DNA from: an uncultured delta proteobacterium
Lineage (GTDB): Bacteria; Desulfobacterota; Binatia; UBA9968
Assembly: GCA_963760795.1 (NCBI GenBank)
Contig: CAVXEP010000030.1
Location: 32,001-96,000 of the forward strand
Direction of reading: 5' to 3'
DNA length: 64,000 nucleotides
Shown here piece by piece: positions 29,475 to 38,506 of the stretch; the first letter of the stretch is position 1; every line of letters starts with the position of its first letter. The position numbers and the translations under genes are program-made. The notes beneath the pieces are model-generated. The model saw nothing but the letters and a program-made list of their open reading frames with translations. It was not told the DNA's origin and ran no database searches.

Positions 29475-30464
29475 TCAGCGCAGGCCGAAACTTTTGCGGA
29501 AATCTTCCGGGTCCATTTCATCGCTGCTGACGTGCAGTGGAAACAAATCGAGATTCTTTGCATCGAGCCGTTTAGCAGAGGGCAGTACGTCGCCGCGAGT
29601 GGGAACGCGGCCCATCGACTTAAGAATTTCCGATCCCTCTTTGGATAACACCAGATCGACAAATAGATTAGCCGCATTGGGATTCATGGGACGCGCCGCC
29701 AAGGCAATGGAGATCGGCGCTGCGACCATCGGTTTAAGCGAGACCCAGTCAACTGGCGCTCCACGCGTTCTTAGACGCTCGACGAGATGCGCATAAGTGA
29801 TCGCGACGGGGAATTCCCCGGCCGCAAGCAAGTTGGCGATCAATACGTTGCCGTCGCGCAAGGCCAACTTCTGCCGATTGAGTCTGCGCATGAAATCGCC
29901 GCCCTTCTGACTGCCCCATGCGGTCATCATACCGAAGTACCAATCGTACGAACGCGGATCGAGCGTAATCTTGCCATCACTCCACCTGGGATCGAGCAGA
30001 TCGTCCCACCCGGCCGGAACTTCCGACGGCCGGACGCGTTGGCTGTTGTAAGCAATCGTGTAGTAGTTGTTGTAGATGTCGACCCAGCGACTTTGTTTGT
30101 CTCTGAATTTGTCCGGGTAGGCGGCCAACTCGGAAGACAATATCGTCCCCAACAAACCCCGCTTTTGCAGCAAGAGAAGATCGGAAACTTTCCCTGACAC
30201 CACATCGAAAAGAAAACGCCCGGCACGGCTCTCGGTCAAGATGCGGTTCAGTAGCGGCGCGCTGCCGGCGCGGAAGAAGCTCGCGTCGACAAACGGATAG
30301 CGGCTGCGATACAATTCGATCAGCTTAGTCGAATCCTCCGGCTGCATCGCCGTATAAAGAACAAACTTACCCTCTTTTTTGGCGCCGTCGATGGCCGCAT
30401 TCTGGCTTGCTGCGAGGGATAGACCGGGAAAAAGCAGGGAAACAATTATGATTAGAGATATCAA
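29475..30464 (-). CDS. ABC transporter substrate-binding protein (Fe3+/AfuA-like, SBP_bac_6)
   Basis: GAKKEGKFVLYT, RILTESRAG, IAYNS, WDDLLDP.W, NPNAANLFVDLVLSKEG; start uncertain (TTG 30464). Confidence 0.82.
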   Translation of the reverse strand: MISLIIIVSLLFPGLSLAASQNAAIDGAKKEGKFVLYTAMQPEDSTKLIELYRSRYPFVDASFFRAGSAPLLNRILTESRAGRFLFDVVSGKVSDLLLLQKRGLLGTILSSELAAYPDKFRDKQSRWVDIYNNYYTIAYNSQRVRPSEVPAGWDDLLDPRWSDGKITLDPRSYDWYFGMMTAWGSQKGGDFMRRLNRQKLALRDGNVLIANLLAAGEFPVAITYAHLVERLRTRGAPVDWVSLKPMVAAPISIALAARPMNPNAANLFVDLVLSKEGSEILKSMGRVPTRGDVLPSAKRLDAKNLDLFPLHVSSDEMDPEDFRKSFGLR

Positions 30465-30529
30465 TGTCTTACCCCACCTTCCAGTGGACTGCTCTGATGC
30501 TGTAGCCTCTACCTTGAATGAAATAGATG

Positions 30530-30818
30530 TAAGTTTCCCGGTGAGTGTGTCCAACGCTGGCCTGCGAGTGCGGCGTAATCTCCCCAATCGCAGTGTTCGA
30601 AGGGTAATTTCAAATCCCATTCGAAAGTCGGTCAAATTGGCGACTTTCACTCCCCCTTCGATCGTTTTCCATTGCAGCTCGCCTGCGTGCATCCTGATGC
30701 GTGATTCGTTCTTGCCGTCGATAATCTCTTTTTACAGATCGAGCGCTTCCGGCGCACGCGACGTAACAACCCGATCCTCGGTTGACTAGAATTCGCCCTT
30801 TCGCATTGGAATACCCAT
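30530..30818 (-). pseudogene. Degraded cupin-like gene at the head of the operon
   Basis: AGGAG RBS, then MGIPMRKGEF*...L*KEIIDGKNESRIRMHAGELQWKTIEGGVKVANLTDFRMGF...GHTH; two in-frame stops. Confidence 0.5.
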
Positions 30819-31106
30819 GATTATTTTCTCCTAGTGTTGACCGCTGTTATGGATAGGATTTTAAACCGCCTTTTATTTCTATGGTCGGAACCTTATTGCA
30901 CGACCGGGAGAATTGTCAATTCGTTGTCTACTTGACGAAAAACCCACTGTTGTACCGGTCGGCTCGCCCGGAGAGCGGTTGGGACACGCAGAAAGGTTCC
31001 ATATGAAGTCTTACGTTGGTAGGGGGCACCAGTAGCGTCAAGCCTTTACTTTAAAGAAACTACGAACCCTACTATAAGCTAAAGACCTCGACCCTATAAA
31101 AGCCCT

Positions 31107-31297
31107 CCGATCTCGTCCAGCACCCGTAACTGGTGGCCAATCGCATCATCACGTTCGCTGAAATCGTCGGCCAAGAAAACGTTAGCGCCGGCACCGAGTG
31201 CGGCCTAGGCGGACACGCACACCCGTAGATCGCGTGGGCGAAGTTACGTGTCCTGCGCGGCGGCGCGGCGATCGCGAGCAGGAAGCTGTGGAGTTGA
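31107..31297 (+). pseudogene. Duplicated 3' end of the MetE-like gene (direct repeat of 16966-17156)
   Basis: 191-nt colinear: DLVQHP*LVANRIITFAEIVGQENVSAGTECGLGGHAHP*IAWAKLRVLRGGAAIASRKLWS*. Confidence 0.92.
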
Positions 31298-31357
31298 ATT
31301 CAATGTGCTGGCTACGTTGGGGGTTGGCAGGTTTGTCCAGCTAGTCGGCTACGTCCC

Positions 31358-31575
31358 CTAATACTCCTTGGCCGCGTCCATAGCCAGCTAAAAATCGATC
31401 GCTCCGGCCGCGAGATCTCCTTTCAAACTGGCCATTGAGCTGAGCTTCGCGATGTAAGCTTTTCACTTGCTCCGCGGTGGGCAGGCCGATTTTGCAGAGC
31501 GTGTCGCGCACGCGCGCGCTAAGCTTGAAAAATGTACCGGGGTCTTTTCCCGCTTTGGAGCGGTCGTGCTGGAAG
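31358..31575 (-). pseudogene. Probable 3' remnant of a NitT/TauT-type substrate-binding protein
   Basis: Frameshifted RVRDTLCKIGLPTAEQVK/AYIAKLSSMASLKGDLAAGAIDF*LAMDAAKEY* resembles SBP C-termini. Confidence 0.4.
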
Positions 31576-31579
31576 ATTC

Positions 31580-32431
31580 TTACAAAACCATCAGCGTGTC
31601 GGAAACACAACGGAATCCTATGTAGGCGTGGCCCGTGGCGGCGCGACCGGCGTCGACGGCCTCACGGGATGTGGACGTAAGCCCTTCGGGACCGCTGGAT
31701 GAATTACCGCCGCGGGCGACCACCGTGTCGGCGGTCGCCGGCTCCTCGCGTCCGTCCTTTGGATTATAGGGATAGGGTTTATAAATCGAACGAGTCCATT
31801 CCCAAACCTGTCCTGCCATATCGAGAACCCCGTAGGGGCTTGCGCCTTTGGGAAACTGCCCGACGGGAACCGTTTGACCGCGAAAGCCACCGATAAACGC
31901 CAGATCAGGGCGGGGCATGTCATTACCCCAGGGGTAGAGCCGGCCGTCGGTTCCACGCGCGGCTTTTTCCCACTCCGCTTCGCTGGGGAGCCGCTTACCG
32001 GCCCAAGTGCAATAGGCGGCGGCACCGTACCGGCTCATCTCACCGACAGGGTGATTCTCAAAACTTTCCTTAGGCAGCCACTTGCCGCCTCGATTGTGGA
32101 CGAGAACGTCGGGATCCGCGACATCCAAATACATTTCACCGTTGGGTCCGGCGGGACCCTTTTCCTGGATGAACTTCGCATACTCTCTGGCGGTAACGAG
32201 ATTTCTATCGATATGGAAGGCTGGGAGAAACAATTTGTGCGCTGGCGTTTCGTCTTTTGGCCCACTGTCTCGCCCCATCGTAAATTCCCCGGATGGGATG
32301 ATAACCATTCCAGCAAACTTTCCCCCTTGAGTCTCCACTGCCGCGGCGGCGCGGATTTCCCGCGCAGCGATCATGGCAAGGAACGTAAACAAAATCGTCA
32401 AAACTATCAGCTTCCGCGGGTTCGCAGCCAT
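31580..32431 (-). CDS. FGE-sulfatase (SUMF1/EgtB/PvdO) domain protein, secreted
   Basis: IPSGEFTMG, RLPSEAEWEKAARG, YPWG, DMAGQVWEW, RGG, GFRC. Confidence 0.9.
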   Translation of the reverse strand: MAANPRKLIVLTILFTFLAMIAAREIRAAAAVETQGGKFAGMVIIPSGEFTMGRDSGPKDETPAHKLFLPAFHIDRNLVTAREYAKFIQEKGPAGPNGEMYLDVADPDVLVHNRGGKWLPKESFENHPVGEMSRYGAAAYCTWAGKRLPSEAEWEKAARGTDGRLYPWGNDMPRPDLAFIGGFRGQTVPVGQFPKGASPYGVLDMAGQVWEWTRSIYKPYPYNPKDGREEPATADTVVARGGNSSSGPEGLTSTSREAVDAGRAATGHAYIGFRCVSDTLMVL

Positions 32432-32594
32432 GGCTGCGCTCTACCATGGCGGAATGTTGGATGGCAAGCGGTAATTCCTCGGTCAGCGAAAATCACAGGG
32501 CAAGATTCGATCCCCAAGACTAACGCGAAGGTCGCTTGTTTTTTTTGAGTCTATAGATACCCCTCGAGTTCTAAGTGCAACAAGCGTGGAGCGG

Positions 32595-32674
32595 GACGTT
32601 GTTTACCAACTGGACAAATTCTGCCGCCTTTGACCTATGACCGGAAAATGGCCGCTGAGCAACGCTAGTCCACT
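32595..32674 (+). repeat. 80-bp direct repeat, left copy (partner 35628-35707)
   Basis: Shared core TGGACAAATTCTGCCGCCTT.GACCT..GACCGGAA.ATGGCCGCTGAGCA.CGCTAGTCCACT. Confidence 0.9.
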
Positions 32675-32804
32675 TAGTAAAAGACGTCCAGTTATCCCCC
32701 CTTCATTCTCCTGGTCCTGCTGCGACAATAGGTGCTGTCATTTCCAATCTGCAGGATAGTCGGGTTATAAAAGTCTGAGCCTGTGTCCCCTTATTGATAT
32801 CATC

Positions 32805-34823
32805 GTGGATATGGATAAACCGTTCGATCTACCGGCGACAACATCAGTATTCTCCCGAGCCTGGTACTCGTCTTCCATCGCCGACTTTCTACAAACCCAA
32901 CCAGAGGCAATTATCGGGCGACTGGCAACAAACAGCGAGTTTTCTTTGCTTTCGACTCAAAAGGATGCGTGGTTGGTAGAAATTGGCTTCCTGCAAGAAC
33001 AGCTCACCGGTTTAACCGGTGCGTTGTTTTTGGAGTTCAACATTCCTCGGATGGGTCGGCGGATAGATGCAGTGCTGCTCCTCGGCCCTGTAGTGTTCGT
33101 GATTGAGTTCAAAATTGGTGAAAGCAATTTTGACCGCGCGGCGTCAGATCAGGTTTGGGATTATGCGTTAGACCTGAAGAATTTTCACGACGCCAGCCAT
33201 TCTGCTGCGATCGTTCCGATTCTCATTGCAACCGAGGCCAGTGAATCCGCCGAGTTGAAACTCTACGCCGATGCCGACAAGGTACACCGCCCCATGCACG
33301 TGCATCCTGGCGCATTTCGGCAAGCGATTGACCTTGGACTCCAGGCCGTAACCGACGCAAATATCGATAACCAAAAATGGCAGAACGCTCCGTATCGTCC
33401 CACGCCCACGATTGTTGAGGCCGCACGTGCTCTCTACGCGCAACATTCGGTTGAAGCGATCGCCCGTTACGATGCAGGAGCACAGAATCTGCGCGTCACA
33501 TCATCTCGCATTGAAGAACTCGTCGATGAGGCAAGAGCACAAGGGCGCAAACTCATCTGCTTTGTTACCGGTGTTCCAGGAGCTGGCAAAACACTGGTTG
33601 GGCTAAATGTTGCAACTCGACGCCGGGACATCAACCAACCGACACACGCCGTATTTCTTTCGGGGAACGGTCCGCTCGTGGCTGTGCTCCGTGAGGCGCT
33701 GACCCGCGACGAGGTCGCCCGTCAGAAAACTCTTGGCGTTCGAATACGCAAGGGCAAAGTTGGCGAGAGCGTCAAAGCTTTCATCCAGAACGTTCATAAT
33801 TTTCGCGACGAAGCTTTGGTCGACTCCGGCCCTCCGGCCGAGCATGTGGTGATTTTTGACGAAGCTCAACGGGCTTGGAATTTGCGACAAACCGCGAATT
33901 TCATGAAGCGAAGAAAAAATCGGCCAGGGTTCTCCCACTCCGAGCCGGATTTCCTGATTTCATGCATGGATCGCCACACCGAATGGGCGGTAATTGTTTG
34001 CCTTGTCGGCGGTGGACAGGAAATCCATTTAGGCGAAGCCGGCATCGATGCGTGGCTTGATGCTGTGAATTCGAGATTCCCACATTGGCACATGCATATT
34101 TCATCAAGACTCACCGATACCGAATATGCGGCTGGCAAGGTCTTGGAAGCCGTCCGCCAGCGGCAGAATACTCACTTTGACGACTGCCTGCATCTCGGCG
34201 TGTCAATGAGATCGTTCCGCGCTGAAAATGTGTCGGCGTTTGTCAAAGCGCTGCTGGACTGCGAAAAGCGACCAGCGCGAGAAGCCTTCATACAACTTGC
34301 AGATCGTTATCCCATCGCTGTGACCCGCGACTTGAATCGGGCCAAGCAGTGGGTTCGCTCCCATGCCAGGGGTACGGAGCGATTCGGATTGGTCGCCTCT
34401 TCGAAAGCGCAACGTCTCAAACCTCACGCGATTGATATTCGAGTGGACGTTGATCCGGTGCATTGGTTTCTCAACGACAGAGAAGATACCCGATCAAGCT
34501 ACTATCTCGAAGATGCTGCCACAGAGTTCCAGGTGCAGGGTTTGGAATTGGATTGGACGTGTGTGACTTGGGACGGCGACCTGCGGTTCACCGGATCCGG
34601 CTGGAGCTATCATGACTTTCGAGGTGATCGATGGATCAATATCGGAAATCTTGACAACCGACGTTACCTGCTCAACGCTTACCGGGTCCTGCTGACTCGC
34701 GCTCGGCAAGGAATGATAATCTTTGTGCCGACAGGCGAGCCGAATGATCCGACTCGGTCACCTGAGTTTTACGATTCAACATACAACTTCCTTATCAATG
34801 TGGGCGTTACGGCTCTGCGATAA
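32805..34823 (+). CDS. DUF2075 (Schlafen group 3 DNA/RNA helicase domain) protein with N-terminal PD-(D/E)XK-like nuclease
   Basis: EFNIPRMGRRIDAV...VIEFK nuclease motif; Walker A GVPGAGKT; Walker B IFDEAQR; QGLELD; YRVLLTRARQG. Confidence 0.85.
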   Translation: MDMDKPFDLPATTSVFSRAWYSSSIADFLQTQPEAIIGRLATNSEFSLLSTQKDAWLVEIGFLQEQLTGLTGALFLEFNIPRMGRRIDAVLLLGPVVFVIEFKIGESNFDRAASDQVWDYALDLKNFHDASHSAAIVPILIATEASESAELKLYADADKVHRPMHVHPGAFRQAIDLGLQAVTDANIDNQKWQNAPYRPTPTIVEAARALYAQHSVEAIARYDAGAQNLRVTSSRIEELVDEARAQGRKLICFVTGVPGAGKTLVGLNVATRRRDINQPTHAVFLSGNGPLVAVLREALTRDEVARQKTLGVRIRKGKVGESVKAFIQNVHNFRDEALVDSGPPAEHVVIFDEAQRAWNLRQTANFMKRRKNRPGFSHSEPDFLISCMDRHTEWAVIVCLVGGGQEIHLGEAGIDAWLDAVNSRFPHWHMHISSRLTDTEYAAGKVLEAVRQRQNTHFDDCLHLGVSMRSFRAENVSAFVKALLDCEKRPAREAFIQLADRYPIAVTRDLNRAKQWVRSHARGTERFGLVASSKAQRLKPHAIDIRVDVDPVHWFLNDREDTRSSYYLEDAATEFQVQGLELDWTCVTWDGDLRFTGSGWSYHDFRGDRWINIGNLDNRRYLLNAYRVLLTRARQGMIIFVPTGEPNDPTRSPEFYDSTYNFLINVGVTALR

Positions 34824-34916
34824 TCTTCTCGGTCGGGGGATGGGGTGACATCATTGTTTTCGACAAAGGTAATCCATACCTGCAGGCCGTCAATTGAAAA
34901 CTAACCGGAGGCTGAC

Positions 34917-35318
34917 ATGGCAGCGGGAAAAAGCGTTCTTATAATTGGCTTCGAACCAACGCTTCTCGATTACTCCACTATCCCCGATTTGGACGCAGCT
35001 AAAGTCATGGCTCAGCTAAAAGCCGATGAAGCTCATTTACGGGGCTTGGGTTACGAGGTGGAACTGTGCTCGACGGATCTTGGCGAAACCGCCGAGGCAT
35101 TCGTTCTCGATCGACTCCGACGGAAACAATTCGATTGTATTGTTATCGGCGCGGGAGTGCCAACCCTACCGAAATATTTCATCTTGTTTGAAAAGTTGAT
35201 CAACGTGGTGCATGAGCATGCTCCTCAAGCCAAGCTGTGTTTCAACACCAAGCCGAGCGACACGGCTGAGGCAGTCCAGCGTTGGATCCGACTTGCCAAT
35301 AATACTGCTGCACCATGA
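34917..35318 (+). CDS. Conserved hypothetical protein
   Basis: GGAGG RBS; FDCIVIGAG...LFEKLINVVH.HAP.AKLCFNT.P.DT.EAVQRW. Confidence 0.7.
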   Translation: MAAGKSVLIIGFEPTLLDYSTIPDLDAAKVMAQLKADEAHLRGLGYEVELCSTDLGETAEAFVLDRLRRKQFDCIVIGAGVPTLPKYFILFEKLINVVHEHAPQAKLCFNTKPSDTAEAVQRWIRLANNTAAP

Positions 35319-35627
35319 CCAGGCGCCGGCATGGGTCAAATCTCGTATTTCGATATTCGAGACTTTCACCGCGCTCACTGCGTAATCAACGCGAGAGCGC
35401 GGTCCTGTTGTTTTGGTTTGGACGAATCAATCGGGATGACCCACCGAGCCCGGCTGAACGCCTGAGGAGCAACGATAGATCGGTCGCGTTAACTCTACTG
35501 AAAAGCATTAGCCCTTGCCCCGCGCCGCCATCCAGCTGGCGAGCAGTGCTCCCGTCCCTGCGGCAAAGTGCTCCGCCGCCATCGGCAGCCAAGTACCGTT
35601 TGCGACCAGGCCAGGACGCTGGAAACA

Positions 35628-35707
35628 GACGTGGTTGACCAAATGGACAAATTCTGCCGCCTTCGACCTCCGACCGGAAGATGGCCGCTGAGCAGCGCTA
35701 GTCCACT
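35628..35707 (+). repeat. 80-bp direct repeat, right copy
   Basis: Colinear with 32595-32674. Confidence 0.9.
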
Positions 35708-35814
35708 CGTGTAGCCCCAGTTTTTCACACTATACGAACTTCCAACCAGAAGCCTCCCGGTGGCACGAATAGAATCGCGCGTTGAGCAAATCATAGTTGA
35801 TGAGGAGGCAAAGG

Positions 35815-35929
35815 ATGGAACGAGAACAGAAACGACTCCAAGACTTTCGGCGATTGCGTCAGGAAATACGCGGCTCCCAAGACTACCTGGTGGTAGGGAT
35901 CGATAGCAGCAAGGACCGTCATGACGCGT
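35815..35929 (+). mobile_element. IS110-family transposase 5' remnant
   Basis: GAGGAGG RBS, then MEREQKRLQDFRRLRQEIRGSQDYLVVGIDSSKDRHDA, with the VGIDxxKxxH motif of the IS110 DEDD domain; homology ends afterwards. Confidence 0.72.
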
Positions 35930-36052
35930 CACCTTATCCTTCTGTGAGCTTGTCCTGCGCGCGACCGGCTCAAGCCATCCAAGCAGATGAGATTTTTCGA
36001 CTAGGACTGCCACTGGCGTTGTGATACAGATTCGTAAATCCAGGAGAAGACC

Positions 36053-37168
36053 ATGACGAAGACAACAGTTTCTCTGTTCGCAATGGTGGTGGCAATTTTT
36101 GCCATGTCGCAGCCAGCATCCGCCGCCGAATGGCGCGGCGAATGGGAGACGGCGCTGCAAAGGGGCAAGGCCGAGGGCAAGATTGTGCTGGCGATTCCGC
36201 CCAGCGCTGAATTGAGAAAGGAACTGGAGCCCTTATTGAAACAAAAGTTCGGCATCGATGCCGAATTGCTGGTGTCGCGCGGCGCGGATTCGGCGAACCG
36301 GATCGCTTCGGAGTACAACGCCGGCGTGCGCACGATCGACGGCTTGATTCAAGGAACGACGACGGCGATGTCTCTGCAAGACAATGGAATGTTGGACGCC
36401 GTGAGCGCCTATATGATTTTACCAGAGGTGAAAGATCCCAAAAACTGGTGGGGCGGCCATATCTGGAACGATAACCTAAAGACCAATCGTTTCCTTTATT
36501 CATTCGTCGCCAACGCGGGCACTGAAGGGTTATTCTACAATGCCGATTTGGCGAAGGCGGATGAGCTACGCTCTTTCGATGATCTTCTCAATCCCAAGTG
36601 GAAGGGCAAAATTGGTTTGAACGATCCGCGCATCGGCGGTTCGGGAATCTCATTGTGGTCTTTCATGTGGGAGATCAAGGGCGAGGATTACCTTAGGAAG
36701 CTCGTGCAGCAAGATCTTTTCCTGAGCCGCAATCTTCGACAGGTCGCGGATGCGCTTGCAAAAGGAAAGCTCGCGGTGACCATCGGCCTCGGCCGCTCTG
36801 AATATGAGCCATTTCTTAACGCCGGCCTGCCGATCAAAGAAGTTCCGACCCCCAAAGAAGGGCTGCCGGCGAGCAGCGGCTACGGCGTGCTTGGGATCGT
36901 CAAGAACCCGCCCCATCCAAATGCAATGAAAGTGTTCGTCAACTGGTTTCTCGGCAAAGAAGGCCAAGAGTTTTACGCCAAGGTCATGAAGCAGGGAACG
37001 CGACGTCTAGACGTGGATACGAAATGGATGAGCCAGATCGGCGTCGATGCCGCCAAGGACGTCATGACTCTTGCGGACTATCACAGGTTGCGAAACCATT
37101 TAGAGGACAAAGTCATCAAAGTTCGCAGGCCGGCGGCCGAGTTTGCCGAAAAGATTCTCAGCAAATGA
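36053..37168 (+). CDS. ABC transporter substrate-binding protein (Fe3+/AfuA-like)
   Basis: Signal peptide, GKAEGKIV, DDLLNPKWKGKI, PPHPNAMKVFVNWFLGKEGQ. Confidence 0.85.
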   Translation: MTKTTVSLFAMVVAIFAMSQPASAAEWRGEWETALQRGKAEGKIVLAIPPSAELRKELEPLLKQKFGIDAELLVSRGADSANRIASEYNAGVRTIDGLIQGTTTAMSLQDNGMLDAVSAYMILPEVKDPKNWWGGHIWNDNLKTNRFLYSFVANAGTEGLFYNADLAKADELRSFDDLLNPKWKGKIGLNDPRIGGSGISLWSFMWEIKGEDYLRKLVQQDLFLSRNLRQVADALAKGKLAVTIGLGRSEYEPFLNAGLPIKEVPTPKEGLPASSGYGVLGIVKNPPHPNAMKVFVNWFLGKEGQEFYAKVMKQGTRRLDVDTKWMSQIGVDAAKDVMTLADYHRLRNHLEDKVIKVRRPAAEFAEKILSK

Positions 37169-37363
37169 GTCTCCGTTCGGCAACACATCGAGAACGAATT
37201 ATTTTCTTTTGGTATCACAGCACGGGTTTACTCTTCAGATTTTACAAAAGTTTCACAACGGCGATTCCCCAATGCTAAGCGAATATTCCTTGACAAGCCG
37301 TCTTCAAAGTCAGTAGATTTCGTCGATCGATTTTTGATTCGATTGGCTTCGAGGTGAGCAGCA

Positions 37364-38473
37364 GTGGCAAAGTGGCGTAAATTTATCATCCCTTCGAGAC
37401 CGACTTGGCTGGTCATTTTGAGCTTCGGCGTAGCCTCTCTTGCTCATGCTCAGACCGCTCAGTGGCAGCAAATCGTCGCGGCGGCGAAAAAAGAAGGCAA
37501 GGTGGTCGTTTCAATACCTGCGGGCGCCGAATTGAGAAAGAGCTTGAAGGAGGTTTTTGAGAAGCGTTACGGCATCGAGTTGGAGCTCGTTACCGGCCGT
37601 GGCACAGCCATCGCCAAGAAAATTGCCGACGAGTTTAGAGCCGGGCTGCGGCTCACGGATGTCCATACGGGAGGATCGGGACCAATTAGTTTTGGTTTGG
37701 CCGGCATGCTCGAGCCGGTCGAAGCGCAATTCATTCTTCCCGAAGTCAGGGATGCTAAAAACTGGTGGGGCGGCCATATGTACGTGGATAAAACCAAGCG
37801 CTATGGCTATTCATTCCTCGCCTTTGTTCAGGACGCTCTCTGGTACAACAGCGATCTCATAAAACCGGAAGAGTTGCGCTCGCTCGACGATCTTTTGCAG
37901 CCCAAGTGGCAAGGCAAGATTGGCTACAGCGATCCGCGGCGCGGCGGCGCTGGACAAGGTAACTGGACTTTCTTGTGGAAAACCAAGGGCGAAGAATTTC
38001 TCAAGAAGCTGGTGCAGCAAAATTTGCTGATCATGACCGAAGAGAGACCGCTTGCCGAAGCCTTGGCGAAGGGTACTGTCGCTCTCACCATCGGTCTGGA
38101 CATCGACAATTTCGTGTCCTTCGTGAAGGCTGGACTTCCGGTCAAGCCGCTGCCGCAACTCAAAGACGGCATTTATCCGGTTACCGGCTCCGGCGTGCTC
38201 GCGGTAATCAAGGATCCGCCTCATCCCAATGCCACCAAACTCTTCGTCAATTGGCTGTTGAGTAAAGAGGGACAGGAGACCTATCAAAATGCCATCGGGG
38301 AACCGACGCGGCGTCTCGATGTCGAGGTGTCGAAAGAACCCTATGCGCTCAGGCCGGCGCGGGAATTCATGAGCGTGGAGCAATATCATCGCCTCGAGGG
38401 TCACAGCGAGGAAAAGCAAGACACGGTTCGCAAGCCGGCGTTAGCCGCGGCGGAGCGCTTGATCAAGCAATGA
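37364..38473 (+). CDS. ABC transporter substrate-binding protein, tandem paralog
   Basis: AAAKKEGKVVV, ILPEV.D.KNWWGGH (shared with the upstream paralog), PPHPNATKLFVNWLLSKEGQ. Confidence 0.85.
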   Translation: MAKWRKFIIPSRPTWLVILSFGVASLAHAQTAQWQQIVAAAKKEGKVVVSIPAGAELRKSLKEVFEKRYGIELELVTGRGTAIAKKIADEFRAGLRLTDVHTGGSGPISFGLAGMLEPVEAQFILPEVRDAKNWWGGHMYVDKTKRYGYSFLAFVQDALWYNSDLIKPEELRSLDDLLQPKWQGKIGYSDPRRGGAGQGNWTFLWKTKGEEFLKKLVQQNLLIMTEERPLAEALAKGTVALTIGLDIDNFVSFVKAGLPVKPLPQLKDGIYPVTGSGVLAVIKDPPHPNATKLFVNWLLSKEGQETYQNAIGEPTRRLDVEVSKEPYALRPAREFMSVEQYHRLEGHSEEKQDTVRKPALAAAERLIKQ

Positions 38474-38506
38474 ATTTATATTGGGAAAACAAACAGGTGG
38501 GGCAGC

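Noticed and set aside
30465-30692. Long N-terminal extension of the SBP ORF 29475-30692
   Set aside because: It belongs to the upstream cupin-like pseudogene; the SBP signal peptide starts near 30464.
35510-35600. GKVLRRH..AKY-like string suggesting an acyl-CoA synthetase tail
   Set aside because: Needs several frameshifts and is too short to support without a search.
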